From Reclinomonas americana ATCC 50394 (lineage: Eukaryota), in NCBI GenBank assembly GCA_048213135.1, contig PS015041.1, forward strand, positions 133,995 to 172,639: a DNA stretch of 38,645 nucleotides. Direction: 5' to 3'. The notes under the pieces were generated by a model that made no database searches, was not told the DNA's origin, and worked only from the letters and a program-made list of their open reading frames with translations. The translations under genes and the position numbers were made by a program. Of this stretch, positions 1 to 9,939 are shown piece by piece (position 1 is the first letter of the stretch; each line of letters begins with the position of its first letter).

Positions 1-358
1 TCCCACTCACAATGTGTTGACCATTGCGAGTGATGGCGACAGAGTTCACACCCTCGGCGTGCCCCTCCAGCTGTTGCACTTGTTGGCCACTCGCCAGTGA
101 CCACACACGAACAGTCATGTCACCACTGCCGCTCACGATGTGCTGTCCATTGTGAGAGACGGCGACTGACCACACAGAGTATGTGTGGCCCTCCAGTCGC
201 TGCACCTCCTCGCCACTTGCTAGTGACCACACACGCACTGTCGTGTCCACACTGCCACTCACGATGTGCTGACCATTGGGGGTGATGGCGACGCACAGAA
301 CACGGTCTGCGTGTCCACGCACGCACTTGTTCGTGAAGGGAGGAGGAGGGTGGGTCAT
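1..358 (-). CDS. WD40-repeat protein, array copy D (3' end truncated by the window edge)
   Basis: Reading the minus strand from ATG 358 gives MTHPPPPFTNKCVRGHADRVLCVAITPNGQHIVSGSVDTTVRVWSLASGEEVQRLEGH..., with nearly 3 repeats before the edge. It has the same 42-aa repeat consensus as the neighbouring copies. It is not in the ORF track because its stop lies outside the window. Confidence 0.9.
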   Translation of the reverse strand, partial: MTHPPPPFTNKCVRGHADRVLCVAITPNGQHIVSGSVDTTVRVWSLASGEEVQRLEGHTYSVWSVAVSHNGQHIVSGSGDMTVRVWSLASGQQVQQLEGHAEGVNSVAITRNGQHIVSG

Positions 359-534
359 GGAATGTGAGCAATGAGTGCGTGCTCAAAGAGGAGGATTCAA
401 AAATAGAAAGATTGTGCTGGGACACAGAAGTTCTCATTTGATGACTGCGCCTACACTGCCTCCTCTCACAGGGCCTTGTCGCTGCTGAGCTTTGTTGCTG
501 CGATTCATTTTGTCTGGCAATAAAGCTCCTTTCT

Positions 535-1614
535 TCACAACCGGTCGGAGAAACATCGATATGCCACCACCTCTGCTTCCTCAACTATGAAACACCGCAA
601 CACCATCTCTGGCAGGCAGCGCGAATCGCCCTCCTCCTCTTGTTGCACCTGTTGCACGGCTTGCATGGCCGCCCGCGCACAATCGAGCTCCAGCCGAGCG
701 AGGCCGTATGGTGTACTCCACACTCGCACCGCCTTGGCATCACTTCCGCTGATAATGTGCTGACCATCGGGAGAGATGGCGAGGGACCGCACTCTAACAG
801 ATCTAGACTGTCCCTCCAAGCGTCGCACCTCTTCTCCACCCGCCAGCGACCAGATGCGCACGGTGTTGTCGTGGCCACCACTTATTACATGCTGACCATC
901 GGGTGTGACGACAACAGAGAGGACCGCCTTGGTGTGCCCCTCCAACCGTCTCAACTCTTCGCCGCCTGCCAGCGACCACACACGCACCGTCATGTCACGA
1001 CTTCCGCTCACAACGAGCTGCCCGTCGGGAGTCACTGCGACAGATGTAACTCCCCGAGCGTGTCCCTCCAAGCGTCGCACCTCCTCGCCAGTCGTCAGTG
1101 ACCACACTCGCGCTGTGCTGTCCCCGTTCCCACTCACAACGTGCTGACTGTCGGGAGTGACGGCGAGAGAATACACAAAGCCAGCGTGTCCCTCCAACCG
1201 GCGCACTTCTTCACCACTCGCCAGTGACCACACACGTATTGTTCCGTCCCAGCTCCCGCTTATAGTGTGCTGGCCATCGGGAGTGACGGCGACGGATCGC
1301 ACGTGAGATGCGTGTCCCACCAACCGCATCACTTCTTCGCCACTCGCCAGTGACAACACACGCACGATCATGTCAGCACTGCCACTCACCACATGCTGAC
1401 CATCGCGAGTGACAGCAACAGAGAGAACCACATTATTGTGCCTCTCAGATCGACGCACCTCCCGCCCACTTGCCAGTGACCACACACACACTGTCATGTC
1501 CTCACTGCCACTCACAATGGATTGGCCATCGGGAGTCATGGCGACAGAGTAAACATAATCTGTGTGCCCATGCAAACTCTTGTCGATGAAGATAGGAAGA
1601 GAGGCGTGCGACAT
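535..1614 (-). CDS. Intronless 7-repeat WD40 protein (359 aa) with conserved C-terminal tail, array copy C
   Basis: Lies within ORF 535..1887. The start is placed at MSHASLPIFIDK (1614) by alignment to the paralogues. It has seven GH...SVAVTPDGQHIVSGSxDxTVRVW repeats followed by ...RCLPEMVLRCFIVEEAEVVAYRCFSDRL*. Confidence 0.92.
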   Translation of the reverse strand: MSHASLPIFIDKSLHGHTDYVYSVAMTPDGQSIVSGSEDMTVCVWSLASGREVRRSERHNNVVLSVAVTRDGQHVVSGSADMIVRVLSLASGEEVMRLVGHASHVRSVAVTPDGQHTISGSWDGTIRVWSLASGEEVRRLEGHAGFVYSLAVTPDSQHVVSGNGDSTARVWSLTTGEEVRRLEGHARGVTSVAVTPDGQLVVSGSRDMTVRVWSLAGGEELRRLEGHTKAVLSVVVTPDGQHVISGGHDNTVRIWSLAGGEEVRRLEGQSRSVRVRSLAISPDGQHIISGSDAKAVRVWSTPYGLARLELDCARAAMQAVQQVQQEEEGDSRCLPEMVLRCFIVEEAEVVAYRCFSDRL

Positions 1615-1924
1615 GCTGGGGAAGGGAGGGAGAGAGGGAGAGAGGGAGAGAGAGTGAGAGAGAGAGAGAGTGTGAGAGAGAGAGAGTGAGAGGAAGAGGG
1701 GTGGATGGGGGCAGTGAATGCGGACGAAAACACGGGACGGGCCAAGATGTGTCGGTGTTGTCCTTTGAGATGGGACTGAAGTTCTCGGCTGGCGACGCTG
1801 CTTGCCCAACAGTGCCTGTGGGGTATAGAGCACACACCTCGCTGCGCATACACACAGACGATGCGGTTCATTATCAAAAAGAAGCAAAAGTTCATCCCCT
1901 GCATCCCTCCCAACTCATTCCACT

Positions 1925-3000
1925 TCACAGGCGGTCGGAGAAACATCGATATGCCACCACCTCCGCATCCTCAACTATGAAACACCGCAACACCATCTCA
2001 GGCAGGTAGCGCGATTCCACGTCCTCCTCCTCTTCTTGCATATCCCGGACGGCCCGCATGGCCGCCCGCGCAGCGTCGAGCTCTCGCCGAGCGAGACCGC
2101 ACGGCGTGCTCCACACGCGAATCATTCTGTCCTCACTTCCGCTGATAATGTGCTGTCCGTCGGGAGCGACGGCCACCGAGGTGACGATCTTGTCGTGCCC
2201 CTCCAGCCGCCGCACCTCGTCTCCACTGGCCAGCGACCAAACACGAACGGTCTTGTCGTAACTCCCACTCACCACGTGCTGACCGTCGGGAGTCACCGCG
2301 ACAGAACGCACCGCCATGGTGTGCCCCTCCAACCGTCGCACTTCCGCTCCACTCGCCAGTGACCACACACGCACCGTCATGTCACGACTTGCACTGATGA
2401 TGTGCTGCCCGTCGGGAGTGACGGCGACAGAGAACACCGCCGCAGTGTGCGCCTCCAACCGTCGCACCTCCTTGCCCGTCGCGAATGACCACACGCGCAC
2501 CATCTTATCGGAGCCATCACTCACAATCAGCTGCCCGTCGGGAGTGAAGACAACTGTCCACGGTGTGTCGGTGTGCCCCTGCAGCCGTCGCACCTCCTCT
2601 CCACTCGCCAGCGACCACACCCGCACCGTGTGGTCCCCACTCCCGCTAACAATGTGCTGACCGTCGGGAGAGATGGCGACGAGAAACACCCAGCCAGTGT
2701 GTCCCTCCAATCGCCTCACTTCCTCTCCGCTTGCACGCGACCACACTCGCACAGTTGCATCATCGCTGCCACTCACAATGTGCTCACAGTGGGAGTGATG
2801 GCGACAGAGCGCACTGTGTATTCGTGTCCCTCCAGTCGCCGCACCTCTTCTCCACTTGCCAGTGACCACACGCGCACGGTCTTGTCCTCGCTGCCACTCA
2901 CCATGTGCTGACCATTGGGGGTGATGGCGACAGACAAGACGAGGTCGGTGTGGCCACGCAGGCATTTGCAGAGGAAGAGAGGAGACGAGGAGAGAGACAT
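1925..3000 (-). pseudogene. WD40 array copy B with a 1-bp frameshift (pseudogene or sequence error)
   Basis: ORF 2773..3000 supplies the N-terminus (MSLSSSPLFLCKCLRGH...) and ORF 1925..3196 supplies the rest. One base is missing at ~2790/2791 (CCC-[G]AC-TGT-GAG-CAC, 'PDxEH'). Restoring it gives a 358-aa, 7-repeat protein. Confidence 0.85.
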
Positions 3001-3235
3001 GCTGCGGAAGGGAGAGAGGGAGGCGTGGATGGGGCAGTGTGTGCGTGTGAGGACGAGAATAGAAAGACGGAAGATTGTGTGTCCTCCAGCTCGACGTTCT
3101 CACTCGATGAATGCACATGCACCTGTTCTCACCAGCGTGGGTACTGAGAATGCATGCCTCTTCCCTAGGCGAAGCGCAGCGACCATACATTTGCACAAAG
3201 CTTATATCCTCTTCTTTCCTCTCCCTTCCTCTCCA

Positions 3236-4333
3236 TCACAACCGCATCTCGGGCGCGAAGCACCTGTAGGCCACCACCTCTGCCTCCTCGACCATGAAGC
3301 ACCGCAGCACCATCTCAGGAAGGCATCGCGAATCATCGCCGTCTTCTTGCATCTCCTGCACGGCCTGCATGGCTGATCGTGCACAGTTGAGCTCCTGCCG
3401 AGCGAGGCCGCACGGCGTGCTCCACACGCGCACCGTCCCGTCATCACTTCCGCTGATAATGTGCTGCCCGTCGGGAGTGACGGCGACAGACCTCACCTCC
3501 TTTGTGTGTCCCTCCAGTCGTCGCACCTCTTCTCCACCCGCCAGCGACCAAATGCGCACAGTGCAGTCGCGGCTGCCACTCACTGTGTATTGCCCATCGG
3601 GAGTGACGGCGACAGACTGCACCCATCCAGCGTGCCCCTCCATTCGCCTCACCTCTTCTCCACTCGCCAGTGACCACAGCCGCACTGTTGTATCTCTGCC
3701 TCCACTCACAACGTGCTGGCCATCGCGAGTCACCACGACAGAATACACCCATCCAACGTGTCCCTCCAGCCGTCGCACCTCCTCGCAAGTCGCCAGTGAC
3801 CACACTCGCACAGTGTTGTCAAAACTCCCACTCACCACAAACTGGCCACTGGGAGTGACGACAACAGAGTTCACAAAACTAGAGTGTCCCTTCAACCGCC
3901 TCACTTCTTCACCACTCGCCAGTGACCACACGCATATCGTTTTGTCCCAGCTCCCGCTGACGATGTGCTGGCCATCGGGAGTGACGGTGACGGAACGCGG
4001 GTCGTCTCTGGTGACGGAACGCACGTCGTCTCTGTGTCCCTCCATTCGTCTCACTTCTTCTCCATTCGCCAGTGACCACACTCGAATTGTTGCATCGACA
4101 CTGCCACTCACGATATGTCGACTGTCGGGAGTCACTGCGACAGAAAACACGCATCTAGTGTGCCCCGCAAATCGTTGCACCTCCTCACCACTCGCCAGTG
4201 ACCACACACGCACTGTCTTGTCTGCACCTCCACTGATAATATGCTGCCCGTCGGGAGTCACGGCGACTGACAACACATATTCTGTGTGTCCACGCAGGCA
4301 CTTGCAGATAAAGATAGGAGTGGTGCGGGACAT
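3236..4333 (-). CDS. Intronless 7-repeat WD40 protein (365 aa), array copy A
   Basis: Lies within ORF 3236..4492, with the start at MSRTTPIFICKCLRGH (4333). It has seven repeats, an in-frame 24-bp duplication at 3987-4034, and the tail ...RCLPEMVLRCFMVEEAEVVAYRCFAPEMRL*. Confidence 0.92.
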   Translation of the reverse strand: MSRTTPIFICKCLRGHTEYVLSVAVTPDGQHIISGGADKTVRVWSLASGEEVQRFAGHTRCVFSVAVTPDSRHIVSGSVDATIRVWSLANGEEVRRMEGHRDDVRSVTRDDPRSVTVTPDGQHIVSGSWDKTICVWSLASGEEVRRLKGHSSFVNSVVVTPSGQFVVSGSFDNTVRVWSLATCEEVRRLEGHVGWVYSVVVTRDGQHVVSGGRDTTVRLWSLASGEEVRRMEGHAGWVQSVAVTPDGQYTVSGSRDCTVRIWSLAGGEEVRRLEGHTKEVRSVAVTPDGQHIISGSDDGTVRVWSTPCGLARQELNCARSAMQAVQEMQEDGDDSRCLPEMVLRCFMVEEAEVVAYRCFAPEMRL

Positions 4334-4614
4334 GCTGGGGAAGGGAGAGGCAGAGAGAGGTAGAGAGAGAGAGAGAGAGGCGTCAGGCAGCTTGTGCGTG
4401 TGTACGACCGAGCTCGAGTGAAAGACGGATTTAATTGTGTGTCCTTCAAATGCGAGACTGTGTCCGTCGAAGTTCTCGCTTGATGACTGCACCTGTTCTC
4501 ACCAGCGTGAGGGGAATGAGAACGAGTACCTCTTCCCTCCACCGCTGAAGTTTCACAACACTCCATACATTTGCAGTTCAGCAATGGCAGACAATTTGCC
4601 TCCCTTTCTCTCCA

Positions 4615-4920
4615 TCACAACAGCATCTCGGGATCAGTTGAGCACCGGTAGGCCACCACCTCTGCCTCCTCGACCATGAAACAACGCAGCACTATCTCAG
4701 GCAGGCATCGCAATCGTTGTTCTCCTCTTGCGTATCCACGCCCTGCATCCGTGGTATAGCCAGCATCCTGGCGAACATGGTGTTCTCCCACACTCACACC
4801 GTTGTGCCCACCCCCACCGCTCCACCCCACCTCCTCACCACCGGATGCACCGCCGTCACTTGCACCCCCTCCGCAACACGCACACACTCGTGTCGACTTG
4901 CCAGAAACACACCACCGGCC
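4615..4920 (-). pseudogene. Decayed WD40 array remnant (copy E)
   Basis: The tail RCLPEIVLRCFMVEEAEVVAYRCSTDPEMLL* is intact. Just upstream, in another frame, MQGVDTQEENND aligns to MQAVQEMQEDGDD across a 1-bp deletion. Further upstream only scrambled ASGGEEV and VSGxxxT-like fragments remain. Confidence 0.7.
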
Positions 4921-5021
4921 GACTCTGCACCCACCACCTGACCTCCGACGGAAACAAGCTGCGCGTGGCGCCGTCACTCAACAAACACTGCTCACGCACG
5001 GTCTCTCCTCGCACCCGCCTC

Positions 5022-8000
5022 TCACCTCTCGCGCTGCAGCTGCGCCTCCATTCCACGCAGGCGATCCTGCACACGCCGCCACGCCTGGCGAATCGGGTGC
5101 GGCGGCTGCGTCGACCACGCCCCCGACACGAGCGACTGCTTGCTCTCCAGCGACTCGTGACCGAGTGTCGGAAACGCGCGTACCAGTGCTCGTCGAGAGT
5201 GTGCACACGCGTCAACCAGGCTCCGGATGGCCGGCTCGTCGCCGAGTGCCGTCGCCAGAATCCGCTGCAGACGCACGCAGCATGAGACAACAAGAACTGT
5301 CTCCACGGGGTGAATCGAATGGCGCACCTGGCTCTCCTGCTTGCGTCGCTCTCGCTCTAGCAGCGTGCGCTTGCGTTCCGCCAGGTCATCCACCAGGCGC
5401 TGCTCCACCGCCGCCGCATCGAGAGGCCCACATGCCTCCACCGCGTCCCAGTGCAGATCAAAATTGCGCGTGTACGTCGTCACGGCGTTCTCATCCACCA
5501 GCTGCTGCATGGCCATGACCACATGGAACACCCGATAGAGGGGTCTGCCATTCACACGCTGTGCACCCGTGCGGAGGATCCAGTCGTCCATGGGCATGGC
5601 CGCTGGCAGCAGAGGCACGTGCAGCAACACCTCGGCGTCGTTCACATTGAATGCGAACACGTCGAGCCACAGCGTCACCGGCTGCAACAGGAGACTGGCC
5701 ATCGTGGCGCACTGCCATTGGATGAGTGGGCGCGGGATAGGCGAAAACGAATCCGTCGAGTCGACAAGCGAGGCCACGGGGATCCACCAGGCCTTGTTTC
5801 GCGACGACGGGCGCAGCATATGCAACACGCACGCGCACGCCCATGCGCGTCGCGAGGACACTGCACGTGAGCCCAGCACACCAGATGCGGCAAGACGCTC
5901 GAGGGAGGCAAGGAAACCTGGCGGAGAGGCAGAGCGATTTGAGGCAATCGTGGAAAGCCACTCTTCCATTCCATTCCAAACCTTCCACAGGTCCTTGCCC
6001 CTGAGCACACTCAATCACCGCCTCCATCACCATCCGCCTCACCACCGCCCAATCCCTCTCCTCCCCCTCTTTTCCCGTCTCCTCCATGGCTGCCAATGCC
6101 GCGACAGCCTCGACCGCGCTGCGTGGATCCGCCACGACATTAACACAACGTTGTGGTCGCCAGTCCCTCTGCACGTCGTTCCATCAGTGTCCTCCAACCA
6201 ACGTATCAAATGGACAGCAAGCCAAGAATAACACGCACTGCCGCTGCCATCAGAGTCACGAGGCGAATGTCGGTTCGCAGACTCTCCGTGACCACCGTCA
6301 GTACGCCGTCAGTATCGAGCAGTTCCGCCAGCAATGGCGATGTGGCTAGCGACCATCCTCGCCAAATTGGTGCCGACTTTACCCACACGTCGTCGTACTC
6401 GCGGCGTGAGGGATTCTGCAGCGCACAGATGAGAAAAAACGACCCTTCTTTTATCCAAACGACCCTTCTTTCATCTTCTCTCCACTACTGACAGGAAATC
6501 ATCTGTTCTCCCCTCCCGTCTCATTCATCGCGTCTTTTTCTTCTCTTTTTCTCTTCCCTGCCTCCCTCTCTTCTCTTTCCCGCACGTCTGTTCTCTCTCT
6601 CTCTCTCTCTCTCCCTCTCTTCTCTCATCCTGCACGTTCTCGCGGTACGCAACTCGCTCGTTGCGAAAATGCAGCCGATTCTGCCGCTGCGCGCCCGACA
6701 GCAGTGCTCCCATGGACATCTCCACTTCGCGCCACTGCGCGGCAACAACGGCCGCAGCCAGCAGATTCGATACCACGCGAATCCACAGCACTGTGCACTC
6801 ATATTGCCTGTGAGATAGGAAGCAGCTGGGACACAGCTGAATTTCATGGGGCACACACCAGACGAGGAGACGCGAAAGCTAAGTGCGGTGCGCAACCGCT
6901 GCCAGTCACTCGCATTTGGCGCACGACTGGTCAGCAGTACTGCAAATGAAGCCAGCGTCTCATGCCCCTCCAGCAACGCCCGCTCGTCGACGCGCACACC
7001 AGCGGGAGTGACACCCTCGTCCGTCGCAATGTGCGTCGCCAGCAGCTGGCTGATCTCATCCTTTGTGACGTCGCTGTTGCGCAGCGCGTGCTCAACTAGG
7101 CCACGCACCACCAGGGGTATGCAGACAAGCAACACGAGGACGACGCGCCACTCTCCGAGGCGACATGCAGACAGAATCGGCAGCCAGCGGCGCATGGCTT
7201 CGCGTGCTTGTCGGACGACTGTTTGCCGTGAGGCCGCAACCTCCCTGCTTTGCTGGAGTGTGAGAGTGTCGCAAATGGGATCAAAGGTGACCAAGAAGGT
7301 GACCCAACTTGTCGATCGACGGCATTAGCATCCACGAGTACGCCTCCACCTCCCTCTCGGTCACCGAGCGGCACTGTCGGACTGCGTGGGCGAGTGAGAG
7401 AGACGTACGCAAGGGAAGAACACGTATGCACGCCCACGCACTGGCCGTCGCAGCAACCGAGGCCCACGCCGACGACACAAATGACCACGTGTGCTGACTG
7501 CACGGTGTCACGTTCTCCGCCACAACTGCGCGCCAGAAGCGATGAGCACGCACTCATCGCATATTCCGCACACATGCAACGCACACTCTGCGCTGCATAC
7601 GGCATGCAGGCGATCGACCAGTCGCATCGCCAGTCGCTGCACGTGCTCCGGCACCCACTCGAGTGCCCTCACACACAACCCGTCCACATCATCCACGCTG
7701 CGCACCGGAAATCATTGGTTGTCTTCCCTCGCAGTGTCTGGCACTCTCACAGCCACTCACCTCACTCGCCGACGCACAAGTCGACACGAAGCCACCACAT
7801 GCCGCACCGCTGCACCCACACTCCCCGCCAGCGTCGTCGTCTTTGACGTGCGTTCACTCGGCGAATCCACACGCGCTACCGTCGACCACCACTCTGCCAG
7901 AGATGTTGTCAGCAGCGTCAGTGGCGCCTTCTCGACGCGCTCACATATCATCCGCATCACGCGCGTGCGAAGTGTCCACAAGCCCATTCCATCGCAGTCG

Positions 8001-9168
8001 CCATCGTCGACCAACATAATGTCCTCTCTCCCCTTCCCATCCACACGCAGTACCAGTGCCGATATCGGCGCCCCTGGCGCCGCCACAGCCAGCAGCCGCA
8101 ACACGCGCCACACCAACGATGGCGTCTCTGTCTCCTCCGCAACAAGAGCGCGCTCCACGTGCGCGGCTGTCTGCTGCACACTCCACTGCAGCAGCGGCTC
8201 CATCACCAGTCCACTGCGTTGTCGCAGTCGCAGCAAGCGGCACAAGCCAGAGGCAAACGCCAACAGCGGATCGCGCTCACCATCCACGTCTTCCACCAAA
8301 CTCACTCGCCACAACCACCAAAGACAGGCAGTCGTCGACTGTCGCACCCTGGCCACTGTCCACCGCCACAACAGCGCACGCCGCAATCGCTTCTGACGCT
8401 CCACAACCTGCTCCACTGCCACACCCTCCACTGCACTCGACACACATCCTGTCCCGCGACACGGTGAGCGCAGCGCGCCGCGGAAACAAACGGAAAGAAA
8501 AAACAGGAGAATCACTTACCGGCTTGTACGTGCAACAGAAAGTCGTCAAACTGGTCAAACTGGTGGGCGTCGGCCAGGCGCGGTGATCGCGACGCCAGTT
8601 GCCACGGGAGCTGGCGCTGCAACAATCAAGGAGACTGTGAGAGAGATGCCAGAGAAAGAGAAAGAGAAAGAGAAAGAGAACGGGGAAGACAAGGAGAAAG
8701 GAAAGAGAAAGAAAAGGTGAGTGAGGAGGACGGAGAAGGGAGGTTAGAACGAAGCAGTTGTCTTCGCTTCCTGCTTCTCTCCTCTCCCTCGCACTCATCT
8801 CCTCTTTATCTCTCACCTTCATGACTCTCGCTTCCTTCATCGTCACGGCAACCAACCTCGAGACCCCTTCTCCCTTCTTCTTTGTCTTCTTCTTCTTCTA
8901 CTCTTTCCCTCTCTCTCTCCCACCCTTCTCCTCTTTATCTCACCTCCTTGACCGCCACCGCCACCCACTTCCACACCGCCCACACTCTCCTCGCCACACG
9001 CCACACTCGTCGCTGCCTCGCACCACCCACTCGCGCCCATCGCCTGGCCACATGCACAAACGCAAGCGCATTGCCATCACACACACGTTGCTTCTGCAGG
9101 GCGCACAGAGCAGTGCGCTGCCAGTGGCGACGCACACGCCCAATGTGCGCAACAAGCGCGGCCTGCAT
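5022..9168 (-). CDS. Large multi-exon hypothetical protein (helical, W/L/R-rich; roughly 1000 aa)
   Basis: Coding-like segments (ORFs 8935-9204, 7757-8515, 7508-7705, 6521-7294, 6525-6854, 6206-6388, 5491-6174, 5022-6014) can be chained by GT-AG introns that are in phase where checked (e.g. donors at 8943, 8816, 6653). No family was recognised. The start could be 9204, and several junctions are uncertain. Confidence 0.55.
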
Positions 9169-9250
9169 GCAACTTGAGATTGAGAAATCGACTTCGTTTG
9201 TCATGCTGTCAGCTGTGTGTGCACATCAAGCGTTGCTGTGCATTGTAGGG

Positions 9251-9555
9251 TGCTTACAGAACCTCCTCTGCAAATGAAAAACGTGTTGCATTTGCTGCTG
9301 CAAGTGCACGTCGCGATCGCGAAGTCGTGCTCAAAATCAACATCTCCTTCTCTTGCACCTCTCCGATCCACTACGCACAGTGTTCTCCCCTCCAACGTAG
9401 TACTCTCATATCCGGTAGAATGCTTGCAGAACCTCCTCTGCAAGTGAACGTCGCGAAGTCGTGCTCAAAATCAATTGCAACAACTTCGTACGTTCCCTGG
9501 ATCTCTTGCACATCGTGCTCAGTGTTCTCTCCTCTCAACAAAGCACTCCCATACC
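9251..9555. repeat. Degenerate intergenic direct repeat (~140-170 bp unit, 2 copies)
   Basis: TGCTT(A/G)CAGAACCTCCTCTGCAA(A/G)TGAA occurs at 9251 and 9421. TCGCGAAGTCGTGCTCAAAATCAA and CAGTGTTCTC...ACTC(T/C)CATA each occur twice. Confidence 0.8.
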
Positions 9556-9939
9556 CGCGCGCCCTTGCAGCACATCAAAGATCCACCAGCGCAAACTTGA
9601 ATGAGCTGCACCAATTTTTCCGTGGTGGCCCACAAGCCGAGTGCCTCTGCGCCGCTGTCCTGCCTTGGCGGCGGTGCGCGCAGCGGCTTTTCCTTTGAAC
9701 AATATAACAATCCAAAATCCGGTCGGATATAGTTTCGCCTCTGCATTCCCGTGTGGCAGGCGACGTTCCCCCGACCTCGAGTACTCTCTCGTTTTGCAGT
9801 GTCGACGCGACTTGTGTGTCTATCAATCTCCTGGCTTTTGTCTGGGAGAGTGGCGCATGTTGGTCTGGCACGCAAAGACATTACCTGTAACTGGACAAGG
9901 AAGAACGAAACAAGTTCATGTGGAGAAGACTGAGGATTA

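Larger units (their letters stand above)
1..4730. repeat. Tandem gene array with ~1.3-kb period, nested 126-bp internal repeats and homologous spacers
   Basis: Spacers 3057-3235 and 4420-4618 share blocks such as TGCACCTGTTCTCACCAGCGTG, CCATACATTTGCA and TCTCCATCACAA. The 5' flank ACATGCTG(G/C)GGAAGGGAG is shared by copies A, B and C. Confidence 0.9.

Noticed and set aside
1615-1887. N-terminal extensions of WD40 ORFs (also 3001-3196 and 4334-4492)
   Set aside because: They translate CT microsatellite and spacer sequence. The paralogues align only from the internal ATG after CCCAGC/CGCAGC.
1-4330. Regular 126-bp repeats with variable segments as a CRISPR array or DGR
   Set aside because: The repeats are in-frame protein-coding WD40 units in a eukaryote. 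There is no cas gene, reverse transcriptase, template repeat or obvious adenine-specific variation in the window.
3294-4421. 375-aa plus-strand ORF and similar repetitive plus-strand ORFs over the array
   Set aside because: These are antisense shadows of the WD40 repeats. The minus frame carries the recognisable domain, and GC-rich codons suppress antisense stops.
9878-9890. ACATTACCTG as the 5' end of a U1 snRNA
   Set aside because: It is an imperfect match to ACTTACCTG, with no downstream U1 stem-loop motifs or Sm site, and it lies just past the TMEM115 stop.
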